Source: Candidatus Multivorans sp. (GTDB lineage: Bacteria > Acidobacteriota > Thermoanaerobaculia > Multivoradales > Multivoraceae). From it: a stretch of 64,000 nt of DNA. The stretch covers positions 3,328,001 through 3,392,000 of the forward strand of contig OZ251997.1 of assembly GCA_965247095.1 (NCBI GenBank), in the 5' to 3' direction. The position numbers and the translations under genes are program-made. Below, piece by piece: positions 17,545-27,863 of the stretch (position 1 is its first letter; each line of letters starts with the position of its first letter). Under the pieces are notes generated by a model, which ran no database searches, had not been told where the DNA came from, and saw only the letters and a list, made by a program, of their open reading frames with translations.

Positions 17545-17997
17545 ATGTCCGATCTCCGCGATCTCTACCAGCAGGTCATCCTCGACCACTACCGCGCGCC
17601 GCGAAACTTCGGCGCGCTGGAACCGGTGTCGAGCTGCGCCGAGGGCTACAACCCGTTGTGCGGCGACAAGGTCAAGGTCTACCTGAAGACCGACGGCAAC
17701 CGCGTCGAGGGCTTGAGCTTCGAAGGCGTGGGGTGTGCGATCTCTACCGCCTCGGCCTCGCTGATGACGGAGGCGGTGCTCGGGCTGGAACGCGCGCAGG
17801 CGGAGGCGCTGCTTTCGACCTTCCTGGGCCTGATGACCGGCGAGGGTGAACCGGTCGAGGGCGTCGAGCTCGGCAAACTGGAGGTTCTGAGCGGCGTGCG
17901 CGACTACCCGGTCCGGATCAAGTGCGCGACCCTGGCGTGGCATGCTCTACGCGCCGCGCTTAGAGGCGGCGACGCCGAGGCGATCTCCACCGAATGA
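17545..17997 (+). CDS. sufU: SUF system NifU-like protein SufU
   Basis: DLYQQVILDH, NPLCGD, GCAISTASAS, RIKCATLAWH. Confidence 0.95.
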   Translation: MSDLRDLYQQVILDHYRAPRNFGALEPVSSCAEGYNPLCGDKVKVYLKTDGNRVEGLSFEGVGCAISTASASLMTEAVLGLERAQAEALLSTFLGLMTGEGEPVEGVELGKLEVLSGVRDYPVRIKCATLAWHALRAALRGGDAEAISTE

Positions 17998-18032
17998 GAT
18001 GGCCGCGTTGAGGCAGAACGGAGGAACCGACA

Positions 18033-18374
18033 ATGGACAAGGCGGCAGCAACCATGACGCCCTCGACGGCAGCCGATCTGGAAGCCAGGATCGTCGAGGC
18101 CCTGAAGACCGTCTACGACCCGGAGATCCCGGTCGACATCTATGAACTCGGCCTGATCTACGACGTGAGCATCGATGCCGGCGCCCACGTCAAGGTGCAG
18201 ATGACCCTGACCTCGCCGCACTGCCCGGTCGCCGAATCGCTGCCGGGCGATGTCGAACGGACCGTGCGCGGCGTCGAGGGGGTCGACGACGCCAAGGTCG
18301 AGGTCGTGTGGGACCCGACCTGGAATCCAGCGATGATGAGCGAGGCCGCGAAACTCGAACTGGGGTTCTTCTGA
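18033..18374 (+). CDS. sufT: DUF59/SufT-like Fe-S assembly protein
   Basis: VYDPEIPVDIYELGLIY, MTLTSPHCPVA. Confidence 0.9.
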   Translation: MDKAAATMTPSTAADLEARIVEALKTVYDPEIPVDIYELGLIYDVSIDAGAHVKVQMTLTSPHCPVAESLPGDVERTVRGVEGVDDAKVEVVWDPTWNPAMMSEAAKLELGFF

Positions 18375-18895
18375 TGCGCTGCTCTTCGATTGCCGCCGCG
18401 GCGGCGACCGTAACCTTGGTTCTCGTGGCGGCCTTGGCCGCGGCCGAGAAGCAGGACCACGGCCTTCTCAACGCGACGTTCCCGCAGCCGGACGTCCTCT
18501 TCGGCGGCCAGCCGACCGAGGCTCAACTCGAGGCGATGGCGGCCGACGGCCTGTCCTTCGTCCTGGATCTGCGTGCCGAGGGCGAGGACCGCGGCTTCGA
18601 CGAGTCCGCGGCCCTGCGGAGCCTGGACGTTCCGTACCTGAACCTGCCGGTGGATGCGGAACGGCTCACCCAGCCTGCGACCTTCGAGCGCTTCATCGAA
18701 ACGATGAAGAAGCTCGACGGTCCGACCCTCGTTCACTGCGCCTCCGGCAACCGGGTCGGCGCTCTGTACTACGCCTACCTGGTCGCCGGGAAGGGCGTCG
18801 ACCGGGAAGAGGCTCGCGCCCGCGCCAAGGAGAGCGGCCTGCGCAGCTCGGCGCTCGAGAAGGCCGTTGATCGGTACCTCGATTCGAGGCCCTGA
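18374..18895 (+). CDS. Secreted PTP-like/DUF442-type phosphatase or sulfurtransferase
   Basis: Signal peptide, GGQP, VLDLR, HCASGNR (CX5R-type loop); ATG overlaps the sufT stop. Confidence 0.75.
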   Translation: MRCSSIAAAAATVTLVLVAALAAAEKQDHGLLNATFPQPDVLFGGQPTEAQLEAMAADGLSFVLDLRAEGEDRGFDESAALRSLDVPYLNLPVDAERLTQPATFERFIETMKKLDGPTLVHCASGNRVGALYYAYLVAGKGVDREEARARAKESGLRSSALEKAVDRYLDSRP

Positions 18896-19012
18896 GGAGT
18901 CGGGAGCCCTCATGACGGGATGCGCCCGCCTTCTCCGAGTGTCGGTGGGTCGGTCTTCGGGCCGGGATCTCGACGAATCTTCGGCCCTTGACGGGCCGTA
19001 GTCACATCAGCG

Positions 19013-19825
19013 ATGTTCTGGAACAGGTTGCTGCGCGCACAGGAAGACGAGTCGGCTGGCCGGCCGCCGGGGTTTGGCGTCAGGCTGCGCAGGAACCTGC
19101 CGTTCTTCGCCATCGAACTGGTGGTCGTCTTCGTTGGCGTCTACCTGGCCTTTGAGCTCGGCAACAGGCGGGAAACGGCGCGCGAGCTTGAAGTGGCGCT
19201 GAAGTACCGCGAAACGCTGATCTGCGACTTCGAGATGCTCGTCTCGTCCCTGCACGGCGAACTTGAGAAGCTGCGGCAGCACGTTGAGGTCGTCAAGCAG
19301 ATCGAGGACGGATTTCAGCCGGACATCCCGCTGAGCGAGTTCTACCACTTGCACGACGATCAGGTCATTCGGGCCGCTTTCGACAGCCAGAACTTCGAGT
19401 CACTGGACAGTCGCCTGGTACAGAGCATCGTGGGGGGCAGGGTCGCGCTCCTTTCGCTGGAACAACGGGTCGAGCGTCTGAACGAGTTCATGACGACGGT
19501 TCTGGCGCCGATTCACCGGGATGGCGACCGGCGCTACTACGATGACGGAGGCAATCTGCTCCCCCACCTGGAGCCGTACCCGCGCCTGGTCCGCGAGACG
19601 GCGGATGTGAATGCGAGACTGCAGAACGTCCTGCGCGGGGAAGCTCTGCTGAGCCTGCACCTCGAGACGATAGGGATCGATCTGGAGGAGTTGGTGGGGT
19701 TCGATTCCGACAGCCCTGAGACCCCCGATTCCCTGAAAGATGCCGTGAGGCGCGCCATGGGGTTAGCCCGCTTCGACGTGGAGCACCCCTGCGATAACAG
19801 GCTCTCCAACGGGTCCGAGCCGTAG
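19013..19825 (+). CDS. Hypothetical protein with an N-terminal membrane anchor
   Basis: 270-aa [16 protein letters not shown] hydrophobic segment followed by a helical region. Confidence 0.65.
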   Translation: MFWNRLLRAQEDESAGRPPGFGVRLRRNLPFFAIELVVVFVGVYLAFELGNRRETARELEVALKYRETLICDFEMLVSSLHGELEKLRQHVEVVKQIEDGFQPDIPLSEFYHLHDDQVIRAAFDSQNFESLDSRLVQSIVGGRVALLSLEQRVERLNEFMTTVLAPIHRDGDRRYYDDGGNLLPHLEPYPRLVRETADVNARLQNVLRGEALLSLHLETIGIDLEELVGFDSDSPETPDSLKDAVRRAMGLARFDVEHPCDNRLSNGSEP

Positions 19826-19913
19826 GTCGCGCCGTGTATGCTTGGCGCCGCTTGACCGGCCCCTCGCCACGCCACTGACCGCTCCGCCCACGACTGACGA
19901 GAACCACGCGTCG

Positions 19914-21956
19914 ATGAGTGAGCTAGAGGCCGCCGGAACGCCCGACGCCGGAGCGCCTCCGCAACGTTCGCCGCTCGACGTGGCGACGGACACGCTGCGC
20001 TTCCTCGCCGTCGACATGGTCGAACGGGCGAACAGCGGCCACCCCGGCGCGCCGATGGGCCAGGCGGCGATGGCGGCCCTGCTCTGGACCCGCTATCTGC
20101 GTTTCGCGCCCCAGGATCCCCAGTGGCCGAACCGGGACCGCTTCGTGCTCTCCTGCGGCCACGCCTCGGCGCTGATCTACGGGCTCCTGCATCTGGCCGG
20201 CTACGACCTGAGCCTCGACGAGATCCGGAACTTCCGGCAGTACGGTTCGCTGACCCCGGGCCACCCCGAGCACGGCTTGACCCCGGGCGTCGAAGTGACC
20301 ACAGGCCCGCTCGGCCAGGGCATCTCGGCGGCCGTCGGCATGGCGATCGCCGAGCAACTGCTCGCGGCGCGCTTCAACCGTCCCGGCTACACCCTGTTCG
20401 AACATCGCACCTGGGTGGTGGCCAGCGACGGCGATCTGATGGAGGGCGTCGCCTCCGAGGCCAGCTCGATGGCAGGGCACCTGGGTCTCGGCAAGTTGAA
20501 CGTGCTCTACGACGCGAACCGGATCACGATCGACGGCCCGACCGACCTGAGCTTCACGGAAGACGTGGTCGGCCGCTACAAGGCATACGGCTGGCACGCC
20601 TTGTCGGTCGACGACGGCAACGACGTCGAGGCTCTCGCCGCGGCGTACGACGCGGCGCTGGCGGAGACCGGCCGCCCGAGCCTGATCAAGGTCAGCACCC
20701 ACATCGGCTACGGCAGTCCGACCAAGCAGGACAGTGCGGCGTCCCACGGCGCACCCCTGGGGGCGGACGAAGTCGTTGCAACCAAGGAGGCCCTGGGCTG
20801 GCCCCTGGCGCCCGAGTTCCTCGTGCCCGACGCGGCCCGCGAGGCCTTCGCGCCGGCGGCCGACTTCGGCCGCGACGCCGCGGCGGAATGGCGCCGGCTG
20901 CTCGAGGCCTACCGCCGTGAGCACCCCGAGGCAGCGGCCGAACTCGAGCGCCGTGTTGCCGTGGCGCTGCCGGACGGCTGGCGCGACGCCCTGCCCCGCT
21001 TCGATCCGGCATCCGGCCCGGTCGCCACCCGCTCCGCCTCCGGCGTCACCCTGAACGCGCTGAAGGACCTGGTGCCGGAGCTCGCCGGCGGTTCGGCGGA
21101 CCTGACCGGTTCGAACAACACCCTGCTCGAAGGCGAGGGCGACTACGCCGCCGGCACGCCGACGCGTCACTTCCGCTTCGGCGTGCGCGAGCACGCGATG
21201 GCCGCGGCGATGAACGGTCTGGCGCTCTCCGGGCTGTTCCGGCCCTACGGCGGCACCTTCCTCTGCTTCCTCGACTACCTGAAGCCCAGCCTGCGGCTGG
21301 CGGCGCTGATGGAGCTCCGGGCGATCTACGTGTTCACCCACGACTCCGTGTTCCTGGGCGAGGACGGCCCGACCCACCAGCCGATCGAGCATCTGGCGCA
21401 CCTGCGCGCGGTGCCGGGCCTGGTCGTCGTCCGGCCCGCCGACGCGAACGAGACCGCCGCCGCCTGGGCCCTGGCGCTCGAGACACCGGGTCCCTGCGCT
21501 CTGATCCTCACCCGCCAGAAGCTGCCGGTGCTCGAGGCGACCGTCGAAGGGGCGCTCGAGGGTGTCGCCCGCGGCGCCTACGTCCTCGTGGACGGCGGCG
21601 CCGAGCCAGAGATCATCCTGCTCTCCACCGGCTCCGAGATCGCCCCCACGCTCGATGCGGCGGCGGAACTCGCCGCCGAGGGCCGGTCGGTGCGCGTCGT
21701 GAGCATGCCCTCCTGGGAGGCCTTTGCCGCTCAGCCGCAGTCCTACCGGGACGAGGTGCTGCCGCCGTCCGTCCGCCGACGACTCGCCGTCGAGGCCGCG
21801 GCCACCCTCGGCTGGGAGCGCTGGACCGGCACCGAGGGCGACGTGCTCGGCCTCGACCGCTTCGGCGCTTCCGCCCCCTACAACGACCTGGTCGAGAACC
21901 TGGGGCTGAACGCGACGGCGATTGCGGCACGCGCGCGGCGGCTGCTGGACGGCTGA
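19914..21956 (+). CDS. tkt: Transketolase
   Basis: [47 protein letters not shown]; start position uncertain (19842-19914). Confidence 0.96.
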   Translation: MSELEAAGTPDAGAPPQRSPLDVATDTLRFLAVDMVERANSGHPGAPMGQAAMAALLWTRYLRFAPQDPQWPNRDRFVLSCGHASALIYGLLHLAGYDLSLDEIRNFRQYGSLTPGHPEHGLTPGVEVTTGPLGQGISAAVGMAIAEQLLAARFNRPGYTLFEHRTWVVASDGDLMEGVASEASSMAGHLGLGKLNVLYDANRITIDGPTDLSFTEDVVGRYKAYGWHALSVDDGNDVEALAAAYDAALAETGRPSLIKVSTHIGYGSPTKQDSAASHGAPLGADEVVATKEALGWPLAPEFLVPDAAREAFAPAADFGRDAAAEWRRLLEAYRREHPEAAAELERRVAVALPDGWRDALPRFDPASGPVATRSASGVTLNALKDLVPELAGGSADLTGSNNTLLEGEGDYAAGTPTRHFRFGVREHAMAAAMNGLALSGLFRPYGGTFLCFLDYLKPSLRLAALMELRAIYVFTHDSVFLGEDGPTHQPIEHLAHLRAVPGLVVVRPADANETAAAWALALETPGPCALILTRQKLPVLEATVEGALEGVARGAYVLVDGGAEPEIILLSTGSEIAPTLDAAAELAAEGRSVRVVSMPSWEAFAAQPQSYRDEVLPPSVRRRLAVEAAATLGWERWTGTEGDVLGLDRFGASAPYNDLVENLGLNATAIAARARRLLDG

Positions 21957-22009
21957 TCGAGGGCGTCGGCCCGGGCTCTTCCCCCCGGCGCAGTGAACCG
22001 GGGCCGAAA

Positions 22010-22440
22010 AGCTGTTCTAGTTCTAGTGGTTGTCGCCCACGTCTTCTGGCTGCTCTTCGCCCTCTCGTGGTGCATAGAGCCCAGCTTCATCGACGAGCAA
22101 GTCCCAAGAAGTCACCCTTCTTATCCGCTGCGCGCCGCGCCCCCTGCACTGGATCGCAGCGGGTGTTCCACAGGGCCGGCGAGACCATTCCTAGCACCAG
22201 GCTCCAAACGCCCGAAGCGCTCAGCCCGAACTGAGTTTCTTTCAGGGCGCGCGCTAAGTCTTCCGGCGTCGGCACCAGCACTGCCAGTGTCCAGCCGCCC
22301 GTGTAGAGGAGCAGGCCTACAAGGGCAGCGCGGAACACGACGTGGTAGCCGGACTCTCTGAGCAGGCCAAACCGCGTTGCGTTGCTGAGTCGCAGCACCT
22401 AGTACCCGGCAAGCGCCGGGACGAAGAGATCGAGGCTCAC
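22010..22440 (-). pseudogene. Degraded membrane protein gene
   Basis: GTG at 22440 reads MSLDLFVPALAGY*VLRLSNATRFGLLRESGYHVVFR..., with an in-frame TAG at 22399-22401 and an apparent later frameshift or truncation. Confidence 0.55.
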
Positions 22441-22471
22441 GACTCACACCGGCCGCGGGCTAGGCCGCCGG

Positions 22472-22651
22472 CTACTTCTTCTCCGCAACCCGAGTCTTCT
22501 TGGCGACCAGCGAACCCTTGCCACCGGGCCGATCTAGCCGCGGAAAACCGACCGACACCGATTCGAGCGTCGCCTGGACCTTCTTGCTCCGTCGCAATTC
22601 GTTCACGTCAAAGTAGCGGGTGCCGTCGCTCGTTATCCGAACCTTCGCCAT
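22472..22651 (-). CDS. Small basic hypothetical protein (59 aa), absent from the ORF track
   Basis: MAKVRITSDGTRYFDVNELRRSKKVQATLESVSVGFPRLDRPGGKGSLVAKKTRVAEKK*; purine-rich leader and upstream TATACT (22703-22708). Confidence 0.5.
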   Translation of the reverse strand: MAKVRITSDGTRYFDVNELRRSKKVQATLESVSVGFPRLDRPGGKGSLVAKKTRVAEKK

Positions 22652-23054
22652 CTTCCACTTCTTTGCTGCGTTTCGCCCCTCCGGGGGCTCTGATCTTGGC
22701 GGAGTATAGCCCCCGAACCGGTTCGGGCCGCAGGAGTCAACAACGCGAAGCTAGTAGCGCCGGCCCAAGCGATCCGACAACCACGCCCCCGCCACCAACA
22801 GCCCGAACACCAACGGACCGAGATTCACTGAACCAGCCTCAGAGTCGGGGCGGCACCAGCCGTCCCCGCGTGAGTATCCAACTGCGCCAGCGAGCGACCG
22901 CCGCTTCATCGCCCTTCGCCCAAGTCCGCGCTTCGCCCAACTCGTTCATCGAAACACCGGTCGCCGTTTCGGAAGTCCGCGACCCCTCGGAGGCCTTGCC
23001 CTCTATACATCTTGAGTGAACATTCTTCAGATCTGAGCTTAGCCTTTCCAAGCT

Positions 23055-23606
23055 CTAGACGTTGTTGCTGTGCGACCTTGGCAGCAGTCTCACAAACTCC
23101 TCAAACGGCAACACATCCACGCCATCGATCCGCTGCGGCCTGGCGCCCAGGTAGACGACGATCCGGCGTTTCAGGCGGTCGTTCCGTTGGGCCAGGGAGC
23201 GGAAGCCGCGAACGACGGACCGGTCGGCGCGACGACTGGCCTTGACTTCGATGCCCCAGAGTTCGCGGCCCACCTCGACGACGAAGTCGACTTCGGCGCC
23301 GTGGCGGGTCCGGTAGCGGTAGAGCGCCGCTTCGGGCCAGAGAGTGCCGAGGCGGCGGTGGAGCTCGTAGGCCACCAGGTGTTCGAGCAGTAAGCCGCGT
23401 TCGTCGTCCAGCGGGCGGTCGAGCGGACGGCGCAGCAGAGCATTCCGCACGCCGAGATCGAACAGGAAGAGCTTGCCGTGGCGCACGGGGGACGAGCGGT
23501 CGGCGCCGCTCCAGGCGGGTACGCGGAACGCGACCAGGGTGTCCTCGAGGACGTCCACGTAGCGGCGCGCGCTCTCATACGGGATGCCGGCGTCCTTGCA
23601 CAGGGA
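23055..23606 (-). pseudogene. C-terminal fragment of an AAA+ ATPase / DUF4143 protein
   Basis: KLFLFDLGVRN, GLLLEHLV, YRTRHGAEVDFVV, IEVKA; the N-terminal ATPase part is absent and the fragment abuts the PQQ gene stop. Confidence 0.75.
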
Positions 23607-23634
23607 ACGCTCCCGGTTCCGCTAGCCCAGCAAA

Positions 23635-25671
23635 CTACTCCGGCAGGCTGAACGCGAGGTACTCGCCCCCCGAGGGCCCGCCCGTCCGGCCGCCGCCCGC
23701 GGCAATCGCCACGTACTGCTTGCCGCCTGTGCTGTAGACCGCCGGGGTCGCGTAGCCCGCCGCGGACAGCTTGGTCTCCCAGAGGATCTCGCCGTTCCGG
23801 GTGTCGTAGGCGCGGAACTTCTCGTCGGGCGTTGCGCCGATGAAGATCAGGCCGGACGCGGTGACCACCGGGCCGCCGTAGTTGACGGCGCCGAAGCCGA
23901 GGCCGGGGTGCGAGGGATAGTCGCCGAAGGGCACCTTCCACGCGATCTCGCCGGTCGAAAGATCGATCGAGTTGAGCGTGCCCCAGGGCGGCGAGTTGCC
24001 GGGCAGGTTCTCGTGGTCGCGGAGGTAGATGTATCCGCCGAGCACGTAGGCGACTTCGCCTCTGGGTTCGTCGACCTCGGGCTCCGGATCGAGGATGTAC
24101 GCCTCGATGGCGCCGAGCTCGACCCCGTTGAGATGATCGAAGCCCTCCATGCGGCCGCTGCCCTCGCGGACAATGCGGCGAATCTCGGCAAGCTCCATGC
24201 GATCGCCGACGCCGAGCAGGGGGGCCGCCATGTCGGTGCCCTCGAGCTTCAGTCCGTGGCAACGGCCGCAGTGGCGCGCGTAGGTGCCGTACCGGCTGAA
24301 ACCGACGGGCACCTCGGTGAGATTCAGAATGCCGGCAACGTCGTTCGCATTGACGATCAGGTGGTTGGTATTCGGGTCGAATGCCGAACCGCCCCACTCG
24401 CCGCCGCCGTCGTACCACGGCATGAAGAGCACGGTGCCGACCTTGGGCGGCGCCCAGGGCCGAAGATCCCAGTCCTTGATCCGCTCCTCGACGAACTTTC
24501 GCGCCTCCGGGGTGCGGTTCGTGATCTCGAAGTCCTGGCGGCTGACGACCACAGCCGAAAGCGGTTGATTCGGCGCCGTCACCTCTCCTGGCAGGGTGCT
24601 CGGGATCGGTGTCTCGATCTCGTAGACGGGATACATCGACTCGCCGGTCTCGCGGTCGAACACGAAGAGCTGCCCAGTCTTCGTGGTGATCGCCACCGCG
24701 TCGATCACACGGCCGTCGCGTTCGAGCTGGACCAGGGTCGGCGGCGAGGGGTTGTCCTTGTCCCAGAGGTCGTGGCGGACGACCTGGAAGTGCCATCTGA
24801 GTTCGCCGGTTCGCGCGTCGACAGCCACCAGGGAGTCGGAGTAGAGGTTGTCGCCAAGCCGGTTCGCGCCGTAGAAGTCGGGAGTGGCCGACCCGGTCGG
24901 CGCGAACAGGCGCCCGCGTTCCTCGTCGAGCGCCATGCCGGACCAGACATTGGCGCCGCCCGCCCGTTCGAGCGATCCTTCGCCCCAGGTGTCGGAGCCG
25001 GGGTCGCCGGGGGCCGGAATCGTGTCGAACTGCCACACCGGGCTGCCGTCCACAGCGCTGAACGCCCGGATCGAACCGGGGAACGCGTTCGCGTCCTCGT
25101 TGGTCGAGAAGCCGAAGATCAGCTTGTCCTCGAACACGACGCCGGGCACGGTCACGTAGATGCGTCCGTCCCGATCGACGGCCGGCGTCAAGTCCATGCC
25201 GCCGCCATCGCCGAAGTTCTCGACCGGCTGCCCGTCCGCCGCGTTGAGCGCGATCAAATAACTGCCGTGAGTGAAGAACAGACGCTTGTCGTCGCCCTTC
25301 TCCCACCACATCAGTCCCCGCTGGGCGTTGCCGGGAAGGCCGAGGTCGGAGCGCCAGATCTCCTCGCCGGTCGCCGCGTTCAGGGCGAATGCTTCGAGCT
25401 GCGGCGACAACCCGTAGAACACCCCGTCGATGACCAGGGGGCTTGTGTACATCGTCGCGCCGGCCCCCCGGGGCTCGCCGGAGTCGTACACCCAGGCGAC
25501 TTCGAGCTGACTGACGTTGTCCCGGTTGATCTCGGTCAGCGGGCTGTAGTGCCGGCGGCCCGAGTCGCCGAGATAGACGGGCCAGTCCTCATCGGTTGGA
25601 CCGCAGCCGATGATCAAGAACGCCACCAGGAAGGGCGCGGCGAGGTTCAAGGCCGGTCGAGCGGATCGCAT
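23635..25671 (-). CDS. PQQ-dependent (glucose-type) dehydrogenase with an inserted cytochrome c domain, probable lipoprotein
   Basis: DWPVYLGD...YSPLTEIN, WHFQVVRHDLWDKD, CGRCH heme motif, GGPVVTASGLIFIG. Confidence 0.88.
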   Translation of the reverse strand: MRSARPALNLAAPFLVAFLIIGCGPTDEDWPVYLGDSGRRHYSPLTEINRDNVSQLEVAWVYDSGEPRGAGATMYTSPLVIDGVFYGLSPQLEAFALNAATGEEIWRSDLGLPGNAQRGLMWWEKGDDKRLFFTHGSYLIALNAADGQPVENFGDGGGMDLTPAVDRDGRIYVTVPGVVFEDKLIFGFSTNEDANAFPGSIRAFSAVDGSPVWQFDTIPAPGDPGSDTWGEGSLERAGGANVWSGMALDEERGRLFAPTGSATPDFYGANRLGDNLYSDSLVAVDARTGELRWHFQVVRHDLWDKDNPSPPTLVQLERDGRVIDAVAITTKTGQLFVFDRETGESMYPVYEIETPIPSTLPGEVTAPNQPLSAVVVSRQDFEITNRTPEARKFVEERIKDWDLRPWAPPKVGTVLFMPWYDGGGEWGGSAFDPNTNHLIVNANDVAGILNLTEVPVGFSRYGTYARHCGRCHGLKLEGTDMAAPLLGVGDRMELAEIRRIVREGSGRMEGFDHLNGVELGAIEAYILDPEPEVDEPRGEVAYVLGGYIYLRDHENLPGNSPPWGTLNSIDLSTGEIAWKVPFGDYPSHPGLGFGAVNYGGPVVTASGLIFIGATPDEKFRAYDTRNGEILWETKLSAAGYATPAVYSTGGKQYVAIAAGGGRTGGPSGGEYLAFSLPE

Positions 25672-25772
25672 GGCGAGCAATCGTACTTTGCCTGCCCTCG
25701 GTTCCCATTCTCAGTGCCGGCCTGTATCCTGAGCGGTACAAGACTCCAACATTGTTTGAAGGGGAGCGCCCG

Positions 25773-27173
25773 ATGAAGAGACTGAACCTCGTCTTCTCCA
25801 CCTTCCTGCTGGCGACGGCCGCCGGCGCGCAGGATCCGCCGAACATCGTCCTGCTGTTCGCCGACGACCTCGGCTACGGGGCCGTTTCGGCCTACGGCGG
25901 CGCGAGCATCCCGACACCGAACATCGACTCGATCGGCGAGCAGGGAGTGCGCTTCGTCTCCGGCTACATGACCGCGCCGGTTTGCAACCCGTCGCGCAAC
26001 GGCCTGATCACCGGCCGCTACCAGCAGCGCTGGGGCAAGGAGCTGAACTCCCAGACCGTGCCGCCGATCGGCGCCGCTCGCGGGACGCTCGGCATCCACC
26101 ACCGAACGATTGGCGACGCGCTCCAGTCCGCCGGCTACACGACCGCGGCGATCGGCAAGTGGCAGCTCGGGATGAGACGGCTCCTCCACCCGCTCGACCG
26201 TGGCTTCGACTACTTCTACGGCATGCCCTCGGGCATGAACTACGTCGACCCGACCTGGCCGGGTGCTCACGCGCTGGAGATGAAGCCGGTAGTACGGGGA
26301 AACCCGGACCGCATCGTCGCCATGTTCAAGGGCCGTGAGGAAGACGAACTCAAGGAGTACCAGACGACGCAGCTCGCCCGCGAGGGTGTCGAGTTCATCG
26401 ATCGGAACAACGACCGGCCCTTCTTCCTCTACCTCCCCTTCTACGCGGTGCATGCTCCGATGCAGGTGATGGACGAGCACTACCAGCGCTTCCCGGACTT
26501 CGACGACCAGAGCCGTCGCATCTACGCCGGCATGGCCAGCGCGCTGGACGATGCCGTCGGCATGGTCCTCGCCAAGCTCGAGGAGCATGGACTTACAGGC
26601 AACACCCTGGTCATCTTCACCGCCGACAACGGCGCGATGGTGACCCATGACACCGAGCGGATCCACAACAGCCCCCTGATCGGCCACAAGCGGAACCTGT
26701 ACGAGGGCGGCATCCGGGTGCCCTTCCTGATGCGCTTCCCGGGCCGCATCCCGGCCGGCACGGTCTACGAGCCCCCGATCAGCTCGCTCGACCTCTTCGC
26801 CACCTCGGCGAGCCTGGCGGGAGTGCCGAACGTAGAGCGCTACCAGCTCGACGGTGTCGATCTGTTGCCGTACCTGTCCGGCGAGCGGGAAGGCGCGCCG
26901 CACGAGTACTTGTTCTGGCGCTCGGGGCCGAACGCCGCGGTCCGGCACGGCGCCTGGAAGCTGCTCATGGCGGGCGATCGGGTGCGCCTCTACGACGTCG
27001 ACCGGGATCCCGGCGAATCCGAGGATCTCTCCGCCGCGAACCCGGAGGTCGTGGCGGCGCTCAAGGAGGCGTTCGCGCGCTGGAACGAGGAGATGGAGGA
27101 CGGCCGGATGTCGCCGCCCGCACGCCGCGCGACGACGAACTACAACGGCGACTCGATCGAGTGGCACATCTGA
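25773..27173 (+). CDS. Secreted arylsulfatase-family sulfatase
   Basis: PNIVLLFADDLGY, CNPSR FGly motif, GKWQLG, YEGGIRVP. Confidence 0.92.
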   Translation: MKRLNLVFSTFLLATAAGAQDPPNIVLLFADDLGYGAVSAYGGASIPTPNIDSIGEQGVRFVSGYMTAPVCNPSRNGLITGRYQQRWGKELNSQTVPPIGAARGTLGIHHRTIGDALQSAGYTTAAIGKWQLGMRRLLHPLDRGFDYFYGMPSGMNYVDPTWPGAHALEMKPVVRGNPDRIVAMFKGREEDELKEYQTTQLAREGVEFIDRNNDRPFFLYLPFYAVHAPMQVMDEHYQRFPDFDDQSRRIYAGMASALDDAVGMVLAKLEEHGLTGNTLVIFTADNGAMVTHDTERIHNSPLIGHKRNLYEGGIRVPFLMRFPGRIPAGTVYEPPISSLDLFATSASLAGVPNVERYQLDGVDLLPYLSGEREGAPHEYLFWRSGPNAAVRHGAWKLLMAGDRVRLYDVDRDPGESEDLSAANPEVVAALKEAFARWNEEMEDGRMSPPARRATTNYNGDSIEWHI

Positions 27174-27180
27174 CCCCCCT

Positions 27181-27385
27181 CTACTCGGTTTCCGTGCTCT
27201 CGCTGGCGACGCGCGCACCGCGCTGCACCTGACCCCAGCGCTCGAGGTCGAGGACGCTCGAGCCCAGGGAGCCGGCCGAGAAGGGCAGCAACATGGAGAG
27301 CGGTTCGTCGTTCAGCAGGACGCCGTCTTCAACCCGGTAACCCTCCGCACGGTTGGGGACGATCGGGCCATTGTAGAGGTTGGGC
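27181..27385 (-). pseudogene. Internal fragment of a serine hydrolase (beta-lactamase-like) gene
   Basis: IVPNRAEGY...PFSAGSLGSSVLDLERW; no N-terminal SxxK region present. Confidence 0.5.
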
Positions 27386-27754
27386 CGAGGAGAACACCCG
27401 CGACGCGATCTTCCAGGGGATGCGGCGCAAGGAGACCTACGCCACCTCCGGCGCCCGAATCCGGCTCCGGTTCTTCGGCGGCTTCGGCTACGACGGCCTC
27501 GATGCCGCGAGCGCGGACCTGACTGCTCCTTCAGCGACGACGTGGGCGCCGGCGAACTCGCGGTCGTCTGGGAGGACCCGGCTTTCGACCCGGCCATGGA
27601 CGCCGTCTACTACGTGCGGGTGCTCGAGAACCCGACCTGCCGGTGGACCACATGGGACGCGCTGCGGGCGGGCGTCGAACCCCGCGGCGGTGTCGCGCTG
27701 ACGATCCAGGAACGCGCCTGGTCGTCGCCGATCTGGTACTACGCGCCGCGGTAG
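27386..27754 (+). pseudogene. C-terminal fragments of a DUF3604 protein
   Basis: RRKETYATSGARIRLRFFGG in one frame; WEDPAFDP...YYVRVLENPTCRW...IQERAWSSPIWY in another. Confidence 0.75.
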
Positions 27755-27768
27755 CGAGGGGATGGCCT

Positions 27769-27844
27769 TGGTGGGCCGTGAGGGGATCGAACCCCCGACC
27801 CTTGGATTAAAAGTCCACTGCTCTACCAACTGAGCTAACGGCCC
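27769..27844 (-). tRNA. tRNA-Lys (TTT)
   Basis: Reverse complement GGGCCGTTAGCTCAGTTGGTAGAGC...CTTTTAA...GGTTCGATCC...CGGCCCACCA. Confidence 0.96.
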
Positions 27845-27863
27845 GGCGCAGTATACGTCCGCG

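Noticed and set aside
21957-22010. att-like duplication of the tRNA-Lys 3' end at the far side of the accessory patch
   Set aside because: No matching repeat found by eye, and no integrase is present.
22839-23051. 70-aa minus-strand ORF with a faint ribbon-helix-helix antitoxin resemblance (GVSMNE)
   Set aside because: Too weak and degraded to support a call.
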